Assembly (NCBI GenBank): GCA_032718475.1
Contig: JAUCBJ010007522.1
Location: forward strand, 62,001-126,000
DNA length: 64,000 nucleotides
Direction: 5' to 3'
DNA from: Nemertoderma westbladi
Taxonomy: Eukaryota > Animalia > Xenacoelomorpha
Each line of letters starts with the position of its first letter. Position 1 is the first letter of the stretch. A model generated the notes under the pieces. The model made no database searches. It was not told the origin of the DNA and worked only from the letters and a program-made list of their open reading frames with translations. The position numbers were made by a program, and so were the translations under genes. Shown piece after piece: positions 24,014 to 36,277 of the stretch.

Positions 24014-27000
24014 TTACGTTGAGGAGTCCCTAGATGTTGGTTGGATTGGGGAGGTGGTCGTGGGAAGAGCATCTTGCCTTCCATAGTTTCCGGAGAGTTC
24101 TCTGTCTCTTTCCAGTAAACATAAACGACCAACTGGGCGATTGAGCTGCTGTGTCTCGAAAACAATCCCAGGTTTCCTCTTCTTCCTGGAATAGTGACGA
24201 TAGAAACATCGCTTCAAATACACGACTGCCTTACAAAGCCGATTCCAGGAGCTATAGTGGTCCATCGCTCCCGGCAGGAGAGGTGAGAGTCCCTGTGAGA
24301 CGTCTGATGTTCCAGATCTCCAGTTTCTCTCTCTGATCTCCACAACAGATCTGTTCGCGGTGGGGGAATTTAGATCCACAGCGTCGTCCCTGGCAATGTG
24401 TAATACAGACAGATCTATCACGGGTTTAAATAACCTCGATTTACTCGTCCGGGTTTTAGGTTTGACTTTCTCCGCTCCCTTGGCTTGTCTAATCTCAGCC
24501 GTGGTAAGATGGGGAGGCCATTCATCTTCTTTACTTAGGAAGTCGGGTCCACCTAACCAGTTTGGAGTATCTGTCAGTTCTTGAGGAGTTGCTCCTCTGG
24601 AAGCGATGTCGTCTAGATTAATCGTCTCGGGGCAATGTCTCCATTGATCTACATTAGAGTTAATATCGTCATTATCTGAGGAGTATGGTGTTCCCTCAGT
24701 TGGGTCGTCTCCCTCACTGGTCTCATCCTCCCATTCACTCACCTGGTAGACCCGTTCTTTGTGTAGCCTTTCCATGAGAGTTCTACGGGAAGGTCCAGTA
24801 AAGTACCAACCTACTCTAGTTCTTCCCGCATAGGTTTGTAGTGGTTGCGGTTGAGCAGGCCGTTTCTCCAATGTCTCAAGCGCCTCATGCGCATTTTGGC
24901 CGATGAGTATTTGCACTCCAGGGTAGTCTGTGTTGAATCTAGGTATCTTATGCTGCTGGGTGAAGTCGTCCTCATCCCAGTTATAAGGTTCCACTTGGCT
25001 GGTAGCGAAGTTCTTTATTGCCACCATTTTTACTGACCTTATACTGCATTCTCCTAGTTCATCCTGGGGGGTGGACAACGCACCTACATAGTAATCTGTA
25101 GTTACTGTAGATTTCCAAACCTGCATAATTCCTGACATGTTCAATTTAGTTCAGAACTTGGGTTGTCCAGCAAAGATGTCTTCGGCTAGTTCTTTGTCGA
25201 TGAATGTTCCTGTGCTGCCGGAGTCAAGGAGGGCGTTCACTATATAACTCTTTTTAGGCCCGTGGACTCTCAACTGCACTACGGGAAATTCTCGGATTCC
25301 TACGTTGGAAGTTGGTGCTTTCCAAGATGGTTGTCGGTCAGGAGTAGTCAGGGGGAACTCGCTTTCAGTTTCTTTCTCATACGTAAGTGCTCGATACACT
25401 GCGGTATTTATTAGGTAACAGGATTCGTTTTCGTCGGAGAATTCATCCGTATAAAATCCTTCCATCTCAGAACTTTGGTCAGTGTCGTTCACATCACTGA
25501 ATTGGACATGTAATTCGGACTCACTTACCTGACTCGGGCTGTTTCTTTCGAATTCAGTGTGCAACAAGATATGATGTTTCGCGCCGCACTTAGCACACCT
25601 TGCGTCGGAGTAACAGGTTCGCCGTTGGTGTCCTTGTCTGAGGCAATTATAACACAACCGCTTATTCCACATGACTTCACGTCTATCTATTAGGGATTTC
25701 CTCAGGAATTCATCACACGCACTTAAACGGTGGGGCCCGTCGCACAGCACACATTTTGGTTTGATGTTACTTACCTTACTTTGGGTAACGTTGTGCACTC
25801 TCGTTCTTTCCTCGGGCTTTCTTCCATGAATTCTCTTAGGAGACGTAGGAGGAGTTCTTGTTACCTGTTCTCTCCTGTCATCGGTTCGAGACTTAAATTT
25901 ACTTACGTCTTTAGGCGCTTTGTTAACATAGTAAGATCTTCCAGTGTCTTTCCCGCTGTCCTCCTCTTGAGAGGCCTGGCTTTCGCCGTCGTCTGTATAA
26001 CACACTGGTGTTACCTTTCTCCTAGAAACGGGTTTCTCACTTACCTTATTTTCCGGTGTCTTCTCTCTGGACTGCTTTAGGAGCTGTAATTTTACCTCTC
26101 CATCTAAGAATGACATGAGATCAGCCATGGTAGGGTCTCGTCGTTGTTGTTCCATCATATATAACACTTTCTTGTACCTACTCCACCCTTTGGCAGAGTT
26201 GATGCTAAGGCTCCTACAACCATAGAATTCTGGTATTCATGAGACTTACCTAACCAATATAGCTGTCTACAGATCTCCTGAATCTCGTCAGAAAACTCTA
26301 TAATCCCGCTGCTAAGAAACTTTCGGGGCGCCATTAATTTTGCATACAAATACCTAGCTATGTTTGTCCTATTACCATACCTGATGTTTAGTGTATCCCA
26401 AACTTGTCTTAATCCATCTGGATGTCCAATAAACTTTAATGCCATTAACTTGGGAGGTCCTTCCAAACACTCGATGAGGAATCTAAGTTTCTCTCCGTTA
26501 GATAGTACAGAGTTCTGTATGTTATCTTTGTAATATTCATTAAAAGGTAACCAATTCACCTCATCTCCATTGAACTTGACGATCTCTCCCATCTTTACCG
26601 CTTGACGAGCTTCAGTTCTAGCCATTTGACGCGTAAAACTTTCTTGGGCCATCGTGTTATTTAATATCGAGTTATCGGTATATAAATTTGACGGATTATG
26701 ATCAGGTCTATATGGAATATCATTGTCAACAGGTTTATAATTACCCTTAATAGGGTTTACTATAGGAGTTTCTACTTCACTAGCAGTATAGATGCGTGTA
26801 GGCTCCACACCTTGCGCATGAAATACTTCAGACCTAACAGGTTGACACATTGTTACAGGTGGTGGTGGTATACCCCTTTGTATATTTACTAATTTATCGC
26901 GTTCTAACGCGATACTCTGCTGCACTTCTTGCAACTCTAACCTACTTTCCCTTACTGTTCCCTTGAACTGTTGAACAGTCTCCTGCATCTGCCCGAGCAG

Positions 27001-28923
27001 GAGATCCATCCCCCGCCGTCCCTCATCCACCCACTCGACCGCCGAAGCGGGAGCCGCCAACATAGTAGCGGGTAGACGAGGGACGACGGGCGATAAATCG
27101 TTGATGTCTCGCTCGGCGTCCAGGACAGGAATTGTCTCAGGGGCTGTTCTACTGGGCACAGGTAGTTTAGTGCTGTGCAACGGGAATTTCGAGGTAGGTT
27201 CTGGGAGTACAGGTGTCTCTATCACCAAAGGGGTGGCTTCGAGAACAGGCCTAATTGTTTCAGGCTCATCTACTATAGTAGGGAGTCTTTTTATTCTAAT
27301 AATTTGGTCTGTGGGTTCTGTACTACCTAAGTCTGTGCTAGCTAGTTGCCTTCTCACAGCTGGGGGCAAATCAGGCAATTTCTGATGGTGGGGCATTCTT
27401 CTACGCCTGCTGAGACGAGATCTATTTCCTCCGCCTTCAGGATCGGTGGTATCGCCTTCATCAGATGATGTATAGCTCTGTCGCTTGGGAGTAGATCTAC
27501 TTATCATCTGCATTTGACTAGCTGTTAACTGTTTATCTATGTAGTCTTGCGTCTCTTGCAGATTTTCCAACTCTAGTTGGGTGGTCTCTTCAGATGCTCT
27601 CCATTCTGCTTCTGCCACTGCCTCTGCCGCTTTTCTTTCCGCTTCTACCGCTGCTCGCTTTCTTTCCGCTTCTACCTCTGCCGCTGCCGCTGCCGCTTTT
27701 CTTTCAACTTCTGCCGCGGCCGCTGCTGCTGTCTTTCTGTCTTCTATACGTTTTTTCTTTACCAATTCTTCTTGGAGCCTAGCGATGCGGAGGCGTTCAT
27801 CAAATTTAGTTTGGTTCGCAGCTAACATTTCCGCATCTAATGCGTCCAACACACACTTGGCTCCTTCACTATTAGGGCGAAGTCCAGCCAGCCGTCTCCT
27901 CAACTCTTCGTCTCCTTTAAATCGTTGATTGTCTGACAGATTGAGGTCAATAGCGTCCTTCTTCTGCGGTTTCTCTGCTGTCGCTTCGTTTTCCACTTGA
28001 GAAAAGGTAGCGTCTGTTGATTCTCCATGGGTTGAGCGCTCAGCCAGGTGAGATTTCCACTGGGCCATTCCTTGAACCTTGAGACTCACCCGTTGGAACC
28101 AAGTCTTCAACCGCTGCAACGACGTGTCCTGTCTTCTTTTCGAAGCTTCCTCAAAGGCCGATAGGATTAGTCTGATTCTTAGAGTTCTTTCTCGAACTTG
28201 ATAAAGCAGCTCTCCCTGCTCTTGAGGTCCTTGGGGTTGTTGAAACAGTTGTTCCTCTAATCGCTCCAAAGAGCTGAAGAAACTCTGTACATATCCTGCT
28301 GCCGACCTCTTCCACACAGCTGGATCACTAGTGTCTTTTGTCACTCCCATCCTGTGTAAGTCCTCCCAGGCAGCTTCCGATAAGTTAAATGGGAGTTCGG
28401 GTCTGGGGAAGTTCCATTGCGTCTCGACAATAGACTTCAGTTCCTCCCTTGTGTATCCCGCATAAATGTCCTTGGTCGATTGCTTACTTCTCGCCCAATC
28501 GATTTGGTGTTCCTCCACCGCAATCAATACCCTAGTGAGTACAGCTGCAGGAAGAATGAGAAGGGGATCCGAATAAACCGCATCTGCCATCTTTGCTCCG
28601 CACTCGGGTGTCAGCTCTACAGTATCCGAACTACTGGAGCTGTCGGGCCGCTGAGAAATAAGTTCTCGGATCGGGTGTTGCTGCTGTTTAACAGCAGCAA
28701 CTCCCTCTTGGTCCCGCTTGACTTGAGCCCTAGTGCCTATGATAGACCTATGGTGCTCTACTATCCTAGGGTCTGACACTACTACTGTAGGGATGACCTT
28801 GCTTACAGTAGGAGGGGACTTGGACTTTGGTCTCAGACGTTCTATACTCTTAGCTGAGTCCCAGATCTTTTTAAGACCCTGTCTAACACTCATTCTAGCA
28901 CTTTCTAAGAGACTATCTGACAA
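24014..28923 (-). pseudogene. BEL-2 gag-protease fused to remnants of the RNase H end and integrase C-terminus
   Basis: VKFNGD gag; CVLCDGPH, CYNCLRQGH and CAKCGAKH knuckles; LLDSGS protease. The frame then jumps directly to QWRHCPETINLDDIASRG and again to LNRPVGRLCLLE. Frameshift at about 26160; stop at 25151. Confidence 0.9.
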
Positions 28924-30597
28924 TGTTTGTTTTGTGTCAATGTTTGTGTCAATGTTTGATTGTACAGTTGAATGCCTACTGCTATAATTACAGTTAGAGC
29001 AAGTCTAGTAATTCAGTATCACAGTTAGCCTAGTAATTAATTACCGATATCGTTACTCTATGTAACATGATATATATACAATATATTAGAATACCGGTAT
29101 ACACTTATAGTATATATATAAGTATTATTACAGACTAGGTTTGTCACAGAATACCGGTATATAATTTCAGCGCAAATATATAGATATATAATAAGCCTAA
29201 CGTGAATACCGGTATACAGCTTACACTTATAGTATATATAAGTATAATTATAGACTAGAATTAATTACAGAATACCGGTATATAATTTCAGCTCAAATTT
29301 ATAGAAATAAATATAATAAGCCTATTGTGAATACCGGTATGTCAATTATTTTAGAATAATTGAATTTCTGAATTTTAGGGGTTACTTGGTTACTTTACTT
29401 TACTTTATTACCGTTATTTAAGCAGTAGTCCAACTGATATTAAGGCCTACTATTTTATAAATCGGTTGGAGTTGATTTATAATATATATACCCGTTTAAC
29501 GGGTTTTTGTTACAATATTTGAAATAAATGTTATTATTTCTGGGACGGAGTCACTACACCGAAGGTATACGCTCTCAGTGAAGTGCTACTTGTTGGACAC
29601 TAAAACAAATAATTCTACTTGCCTAAGTTACTTAATACTACAAATTACATACAATTACGGGGTGAGATTACAATCTCTAAATAAACACAAAAATTACACG
29701 TACGAATTTTTAGGGTTAATTTTACAGGGAATCTACAAACCGGCCTAACAAGGAGTTAGAATGTCTGGTTATTACGAACGGACAGGATACTACAGTATTT
29801 GAAAATAATAAAGCAGTAGTAAATATATTGCGTTGTCTAGATAGGAAAAATACCACCGTCTGACGACTTATAGCCGTAGTGCTATAAGTACTATGTTATG
29901 TATCACGGAGTGTTCCTACCTAGAAGTTAATTACCACAGCCTACTATATCAAACGTGCCTATTAACCACTTTACAACACAAATATACTGCCTACACACTA
30001 ATTACCTTCGGAAAGCACTGTACACTAAACCCTAAATTAGGTACAAGTACTTATACAACAAATAACCAGCAGTTAAAAATACTTGTACAGCTAAAAGAAC
30101 CACGGTATCTGCTGGAGTGACCAATGCACAAAATCACCAGTCTTTACCTACGCCAAACAGTCCTGATGTAGTACCGGGGTTAATTTAACTATAACGGTAT
30201 GTATAACAAGCACAATTACTGTAGGAATAAACTTGGGGTTGTGAATGTTGTGAATAATCGCATAAACTCTGAATAATAAATATTACGCTACGCGTACAGA
30301 CTACACAAACAAAATACAGACCAAACGCTGGCAGACTACTATCAAGCCCAAATAAACTACAGTATATGTAGACTCCGAAATGGTTAGTTAGTATGCGTTC
30401 TAACTGAGTAGTACGACTTATTCTTTCGGGGGGGATTTACCTTACAGCACTGGATGCCCCCACGTTCCTAACTGGTACTTTATCGGACATACACTCTACA
30501 CACACCGCAATCTCTTCAGGCCTACTGGTTACCGGTCGACCGGTACTTTTGCCCTTTTTATTGCCTATGTTGCAATAAAGAAAGCTATAACTGTTAT

Positions 30598-31742
30598 TGT
30601 TCGTGCTTTTAGACTTTTAGCAGTTTAACCTGCCAAATTTAGGTGTCTTCTAGGTTATAAATCGACTTTAGCCTAAGACTAGTATTTGATACACATAAAC
30701 ACTACATTAGCCGAAGCCAGCCTATGCGCGACCATTCACCCACTGGATTTACCCGGGAGACTGGATTCGGAAGCTCTGACCTTATTGCGGTGTAGGCCTA
30801 CTGTACTATTAGATTGATCGTTAATATATAATCTCTGACAAATATTATTCACTTTCGGGAAATACTAACAGTTCCTTTAGGACGTGGCGCTCTAAATATG
30901 TAAACAGAGTCATGACTTACACTAAACACAACGGGATGGCTATTGATTTACGTATAAGGCGCATTCTTTAGGAAATGCTTGTTATCTGTCACACTCATGC
31001 ACACTAACGCACAATGCTGCACACCAATCTGCCGACCTTCACTAATTTTAGTCATATATAAAGAGAACAGCAACCGACACATGTAGGGCCTATGAAATAG
31101 CATTCATTTCACTCCAAAACCACTATAATGTAAGTCGCAATTGCTATATGTAACCGGTCTCTCTAACCTTCAGTATATCAAGAAGATTGGGGTTTTATGG
31201 TGATTTATCGATATTCTCCAAATATAACAATATTCCATCAACTGATACAATTAATAACAGACAGTAAATAGCAGTAGAATAATGCGTCATGCATATGTAT
31301 GCACTGATAACAGTTATACGTTTCTATAATCAAAGCCGTTCTAATGTTTGGCTAAAGTCTGAAACACAGAATAATTCCACGGCCGGTGTTCTAGGCTTAG
31401 GAAAAATACACACTGACTGAATTGCGTGAATTTCTGTATGCACTGTCCAACACAGAGGGAAAACCGCTCTGATTGGTGCCGAACAAAGAAAGCCAAAAGC
31501 TACACGTCGACATCTCAGCTGATAGATGTCGTCATCTGAAATACACTGTATTAAGAGTATTTTTGGTGCATTGCGGCATAAAATTGCTAGTTATGTCCGC
31601 TAAAGTACACATACAGAAGAAATGGCTTTTTATGTCCACTAAAACACCTGTACAGTAAGGAAACGGCTTTTTATGTCCACTAAAACACCTACAGAGTACT
31701 TTGCGGGGAAAATAACCAGCTAATTCCGCAAAAGCCTTTACA
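30598..31742 (-). repeat. 5' LTR of BEL-2
   Basis: Direct repeat of 19568-20717; on the minus strand starts TGTAAAGG and ends CACGAACA. Confidence 0.95.
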
Positions 31743-32520
31743 ACAGGAGACTAGAAATCTCCACCCAATATTAGTAAATAGAGATGTGGGACCCTTGATG
31801 GCCGCCACATAGACTTACCGTATTTTAGTAATTTAGTATTTTGTATTACTGTATGTGCATTTGTAATCCTCTTCACTGTAGATAGAGACAGCGGTGGAAT
31901 TCCATTGTCTTTATATGTGAACATGGAGGGTAGTACCCTTATGTATCACATAGGAGCGGGATTGTGTGTACAGTAGGAATGGAATTCCACTTGCAACCCA
32001 CAAGTGAGACAATTTTTCAAAAATTATTAGACAAATCCATTTTGTTGGATTTAAATTTAAGAAAAATGATTCTCCAGTGAATGCGAATTCTAGAATACAG
32101 CTAGATAAAAATTAAAATTGGGGAGGACAAGAGCGGATGGAAGGCTTGCGAGCCTACCAATAAAATTTTTTTTTGGAAAAAGAAAATCGGCCTTGTTCTA
32201 CGTAGTCGTGTCTACTATTATTTAGACCAAATTAATTCTCGACTGCATTATTTCTTTGGGAATGTAGTTTGGGAAATTAAAAGGTGAGTATTTTAGACTC
32301 GCGGCTAGTTTACCCGGAATTCGTTTTTTATCGGCACAATTTTTTTTTGGATTAGGAGCCAGTGCGAAATCACACGAACCCGAAGTACCTAAAGAGGTGA
32401 GGTCTCTATAGGGGTGCTTCAAACAGGCGGCGGCGGACTCATGAGGGTCTGGGGGCACGTTAAAATATTTCGCGTATAGTGCTAGGGAGTCACTGAAGGC
32501 CCTCGTGTCTAGCGAATCAG

Positions 32521-33026
32521 CTGATCAGTTTATAAGACAACTTCAAGTCTCTGGAATGAAGATGGGACTCGAATAAGTGACTCTGCCGTCTTTGCGGGAT
32601 TACACGGAATAGACTTATCGGTCATCTGAGATCTTCAAATGTATAATATCCAGTTCAAACTTAGGCTCATTCGAAAGCTCTTTGCTTAGAGAACAAAGTT
32701 ACCATTTGATTCAAGATAAAATGGTTGTGAAGCAACATAACATGAATTTGGGTAAAACATGCCTTGCAAATTTTGTTCAAGTTATGATTGCTCAGGCAGC
32801 TTTCAAGAGTTTGCCAAACCAAATGGTAACTTTGGTCCTTGAGAAAAGAGCTTTCGAATGAGCCCAAAAGGAACTCATTACGACTACTAGAACTGGAGAT
32901 TATACATTTTGAAGATCTCCGATGACCGATAAGTCTATTCCGTGTATTCCCGCAAAGACCGCAGAGTCGCTTATTCGAGTCCTGTCTTCATTCCAGAGAC
33001 TTGAAGTTGTCTTATAAACTGATCAG
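32521..33026. mobile_element. MITE / non-autonomous DNA transposon with ~135-bp terminal inverted repeats
   Basis: CTGATCAGTTTATAAGACAACTTCAAGTCTCTGGAATGAAG... is mirrored at about 32890-33026; no ORF; TSD unclear. Confidence 0.8.
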
Positions 33027-33345
33027 TAGGTCCAATAATCATAAGAAAATACCTTCTCAATTAAAATTTTGTGCTCTTTCTCATGGAGACATCCAATTAG
33101 CACCACTGAGCACAGAAATTTGCAGAAATTGAATGCAAATCCCAAACTTCATTGCCTTTACCGATATCGCGATATATCGGAGCCAGTATCTTCTATCCCA
33201 GATATCTCGAAAACTAAGCAAGATATAGGAAAACGGTTTCCATATTTGGATTCAGCATAAATTCTGCATCAGATAGGATATGTTTCAAAAATTCGACTTT
33301 TTGGTCAGAAAATGCGCTACCCCCCCCCCCCCCCCCCCCCCTTAA
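33027..33345. mobile_element. Probable end of a Kolobok-like non-autonomous DNA transposon
   Basis: Ends GCTAC(C)n-TTAA; a similar end, GCTACACACCCCCC-TTAA, lies at 35525-35542. Confidence 0.35.
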
Positions 33346-33753
33346 TGAACAATGTGTACAAAATTTAAAGTTATAATTTTCGTCTAATCGTTTTGCAATG
33401 CAGGATTTCTGGGGCGCAGAATAAATTGGAAAATAGTTTCTATAATAATTTCTATAAATGGCTGTTTTAGTAGGAAAAAAATGACAAAAAACAGGAAACC
33501 AGCAATTTTAAGTTTGACCACAAAACTTTTAATTTACTTATGCCAGAAGTAAGGAAGCCACGCAATGAGCGAAGTGAATGAAGTGGGGTAAATGAGCAAC
33601 AAGTATAATAACCACTTATTATAGAGCGTAATATATATCAAATGCAACGCAGGCAGGTAAACACAATAAATGACCAGTAAGCAGCTCACAGTTGGAGATC
33701 ACGACGGTACTGTAGTACAGTACAGTAATCACTGAGCCAACTCGCATACCTTG

Positions 33754-34255
33754 CAGCCCTTGCTGCTATATGGCAGCTGGTGCTAATCACTCCTGGACGG
33801 TTTATAAGGGTCCCGAATAAGATGGAATAAATAAAAACAGCACTGGACATCTCAAACTTGTACTTTTTGGTGATGGGTACGAAATTTGGTGCTAGCATCG
33901 AAATTTCTCATATTACGTCGAAAATACGAGTAGCAATGATCTGGCAATGCCTGCCTGGTTACAGACCAGTCAGGGCCTAAACCGGCTGGCGTTATACAAT
34001 GCTATTAATTCACATTATCAAGTTTCATGGGGCGCTGATTCTAATGGAATACATTTCTAATTTGCCAGATCATTGCTACTCGTATTTTCGACGTAATATG
34101 AGAAATTTCGATGCCAGCACCAAATTTCGTACCCATCACCAAAAAGTACAAGTTTGAGATGTCCAGTGCTGTTTTTATTTATTCCATCTTATTCGGGACC
34201 CTTATAAACCGTCCAGGAGTGATTAGCACCAGCTGCCATATAGCAGCAAGGGCTG
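33754..34255. repeat. 194-bp inverted repeat with a 114-bp spacer (foldback)
   Basis: 33754-33947 is the reverse complement of 34062-34255; one mismatch seen. Confidence 0.9.
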
Positions 34256-34718
34256 ACATAGAGCCGCACGGTCTGCGAAAGAGCAGAACGGGGTGCCATA
34301 GAGCAACACAGGCTGCCATGCACGCGCTGGCATAGTGCAGTAATGGCTGTCATAGTGCAGCAAGGGCTATCATAGAGCAGCCTGGGATGTCATAGAACAA
34401 CACGGACTGTCATAGAGCAACATGGGCTATCATAGAGCAGCAGTGGTTGCCATAGAGCAGCGCTGGCTGCCATAGAGCAGCCCGGGCTGTTATAGAGCAG
34501 CACAGGCAGCCATAGAGCAGCCCGGGTTGTCATAGAGCAGCATGGGCTGCTGTCATAGAGCAGCAGGGGTTGCCATAGAGCAGCGCTGCCTGCCATAGAG
34601 CAGCACGGTCTGTCATAGAGCAGCACAGGCTGCCATGAGCAGCCCGGGCTGTTATAGAGCAGCACAGACAGCCATAGAACAGCCCGGGCTGCCATAGAGC
34701 AGCATGTACTGTCATAGA
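34232..34718. repeat. 20-bp minisatellite (CATAGAGCAGCACGGGCTGY)
   Basis: About 24 degenerate tandem copies. Confidence 0.9.
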
Positions 34719-34719
34719 C

Positions 34720-35542
34720 ATTTTTGTGTCTCTGGACCCTAAAATTGGGTGAAAATTACTTTTTGAGCTACTAAACATCGTCTGGACTGCTTAAGAATAT
34801 CCAAACAAAATATTTTTAAAATAATTGGCCACAAAATGGATCCACAATGGCAATAAGTACCTTTTTGCGCCAAGGGCTCTTTCTTCACCAATATTCGTTG
34901 AAATTTGTCGAAATTTGGAATATAAGTTCAGAAGTATTCTGAAAAAATTTTGCCTCAAACGCTCTGGAGGCCTTTTAGAACGAAAAGGCCCAAAAAATTG
35001 CTTTTTTTGGACCTTTTTCATATAAAACGGCTCCAGAGCAATTTTGTTCAGAATTTTTGTTCAACAAATTTGTTCAGAAAGGTATTCTTAACAAGTGTAC
35101 CAAATTTAAACTCATTTCAGTTAATATTGGCGGAGAAATAGCGTTTCTAATGAAAAAACATCATTCTGAGATATGGGTGTTTAAAGTTTAAGGAACAATT
35201 CAAACCTTCCCGCTATTTTAGATAATAGCATTTTTCTATGTTCAACAATAACTTTGTCATAATTGAATGAAATTCAACCAAATTTTTCATGCTTGCTAAA
35301 CATATAACAAGTAAAACAACTTTATAGCAATTTTATCCACATCTGTACCGTGAGAGCCTTTTTTTTATGAAAAGGGCCCCATACAATTGTAAAGCATAGT
35401 GCTGCTCGGAGACTTGTCAAAAATCAGACTAGCTCTTGCGTTTTGGGTAATAACTTGAGTTTGAACTTTTGGCACATGATAGAATAAAAAAAGTCAATTT
35501 TATCAATTTCCAAATTAGGGGGGTGCTACACACCCCCCTTAA
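34720..35542. mobile_element. Truncated Kolobok-like non-autonomous DNA transposon remnant
   Basis: Right end GGGGGGTGCTACACACCCCCC-TTAA; non-coding interior; left terminus not found. Confidence 0.3.
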
Positions 35543-36277
35543 AATCTATAAGTTAATGAAAGCTAACTCTAGACTATTTCATGTCTGTTTAGTTTGGCGT
35601 TTGCTAATGTTGTCATTGGAAACGATAGGGATGCTTTGAGCCCAGCTAATCGACTAATCTGTGGAATCTTTCGAGGTAATCTATCCCTCGCTACTACCTA
35701 CTCCTTTCATTGCTACCTGGCTGGTAGATATATTATTATCAGATCAAAACTGACTTCGAAATTTCTTGTTATAGCTGAACTAACCGTTCACGGTTACAAT
35801 CTATAAGTTTACTATTTGAGATATATCCCGCTTTTGAAACGTTTGAACCAAGCCTCGGTATATATAGTATTAAACCAATATAATGTTTGTGCAATAAATT
35901 ATATATTAATATTATTATTATTAACGTGTATGTGAAACAACAACTGCAAAGTACCTTTAACTAAAGAACACTCTAGCACAAAAATAATTAAATTAAGTCC
36001 ATTTAAATTTTAAGTCATAAAAAATCAATAATTTCAAATGTATTTTGTCATATAAATCACATACCGCATGAAAGAAAGAAATAAATAATGCTAGTTAGAT
36101 TGCTAGGTTCTAGGTATGCTCTTATGTGCCTGTGGAGTGTGGGGGTCACATAGTTTTAAGGGAACTCCTCCAGTAAAGGTTACTAGAGACTGGATAATAG
36201 AGCTGGATAGTCGGTGAAGTTCAACTCGATGTACCTTTTTCGTAAGCCTAACCTCAGGGGACAGTGGAGTAACACCG

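Larger units (their letters stand above)
19568..31742 (-). mobile_element. BEL/Pao element BEL-2: two LTRs, internally deleted (no RT, no RNase H core, no integrase core)
   Basis: ~1.15-kb near-identical LTRs; 5-bp TSD ACAGG (19563-19567 and 31743-31747); TGT...ACA termini (one end mutated); PPT-like CTGGGAGCAG before the 3' LTR. Confidence 0.95.
7500..32457 (+). mobile_element. BEL/Pao LTR retrotransposon BEL-1 (decayed; hosts the BEL-2 insertion); ends approximate
   Basis: gag-PR-RT-RH-IN order over 10428-19567. The integrase resumes after BEL-2 (…ETG|D* ending at 31754). The 3' region ends in PPT-like CTGGGGGCA at about 32448-32457. Confidence 0.8.

Noticed and set aside
32458-32520. 3' LTR of BEL-1
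   Set aside because: Follows a PPT-like tract but matches nothing near 7.3-7.9 kb and is cut by a MITE; not callable.
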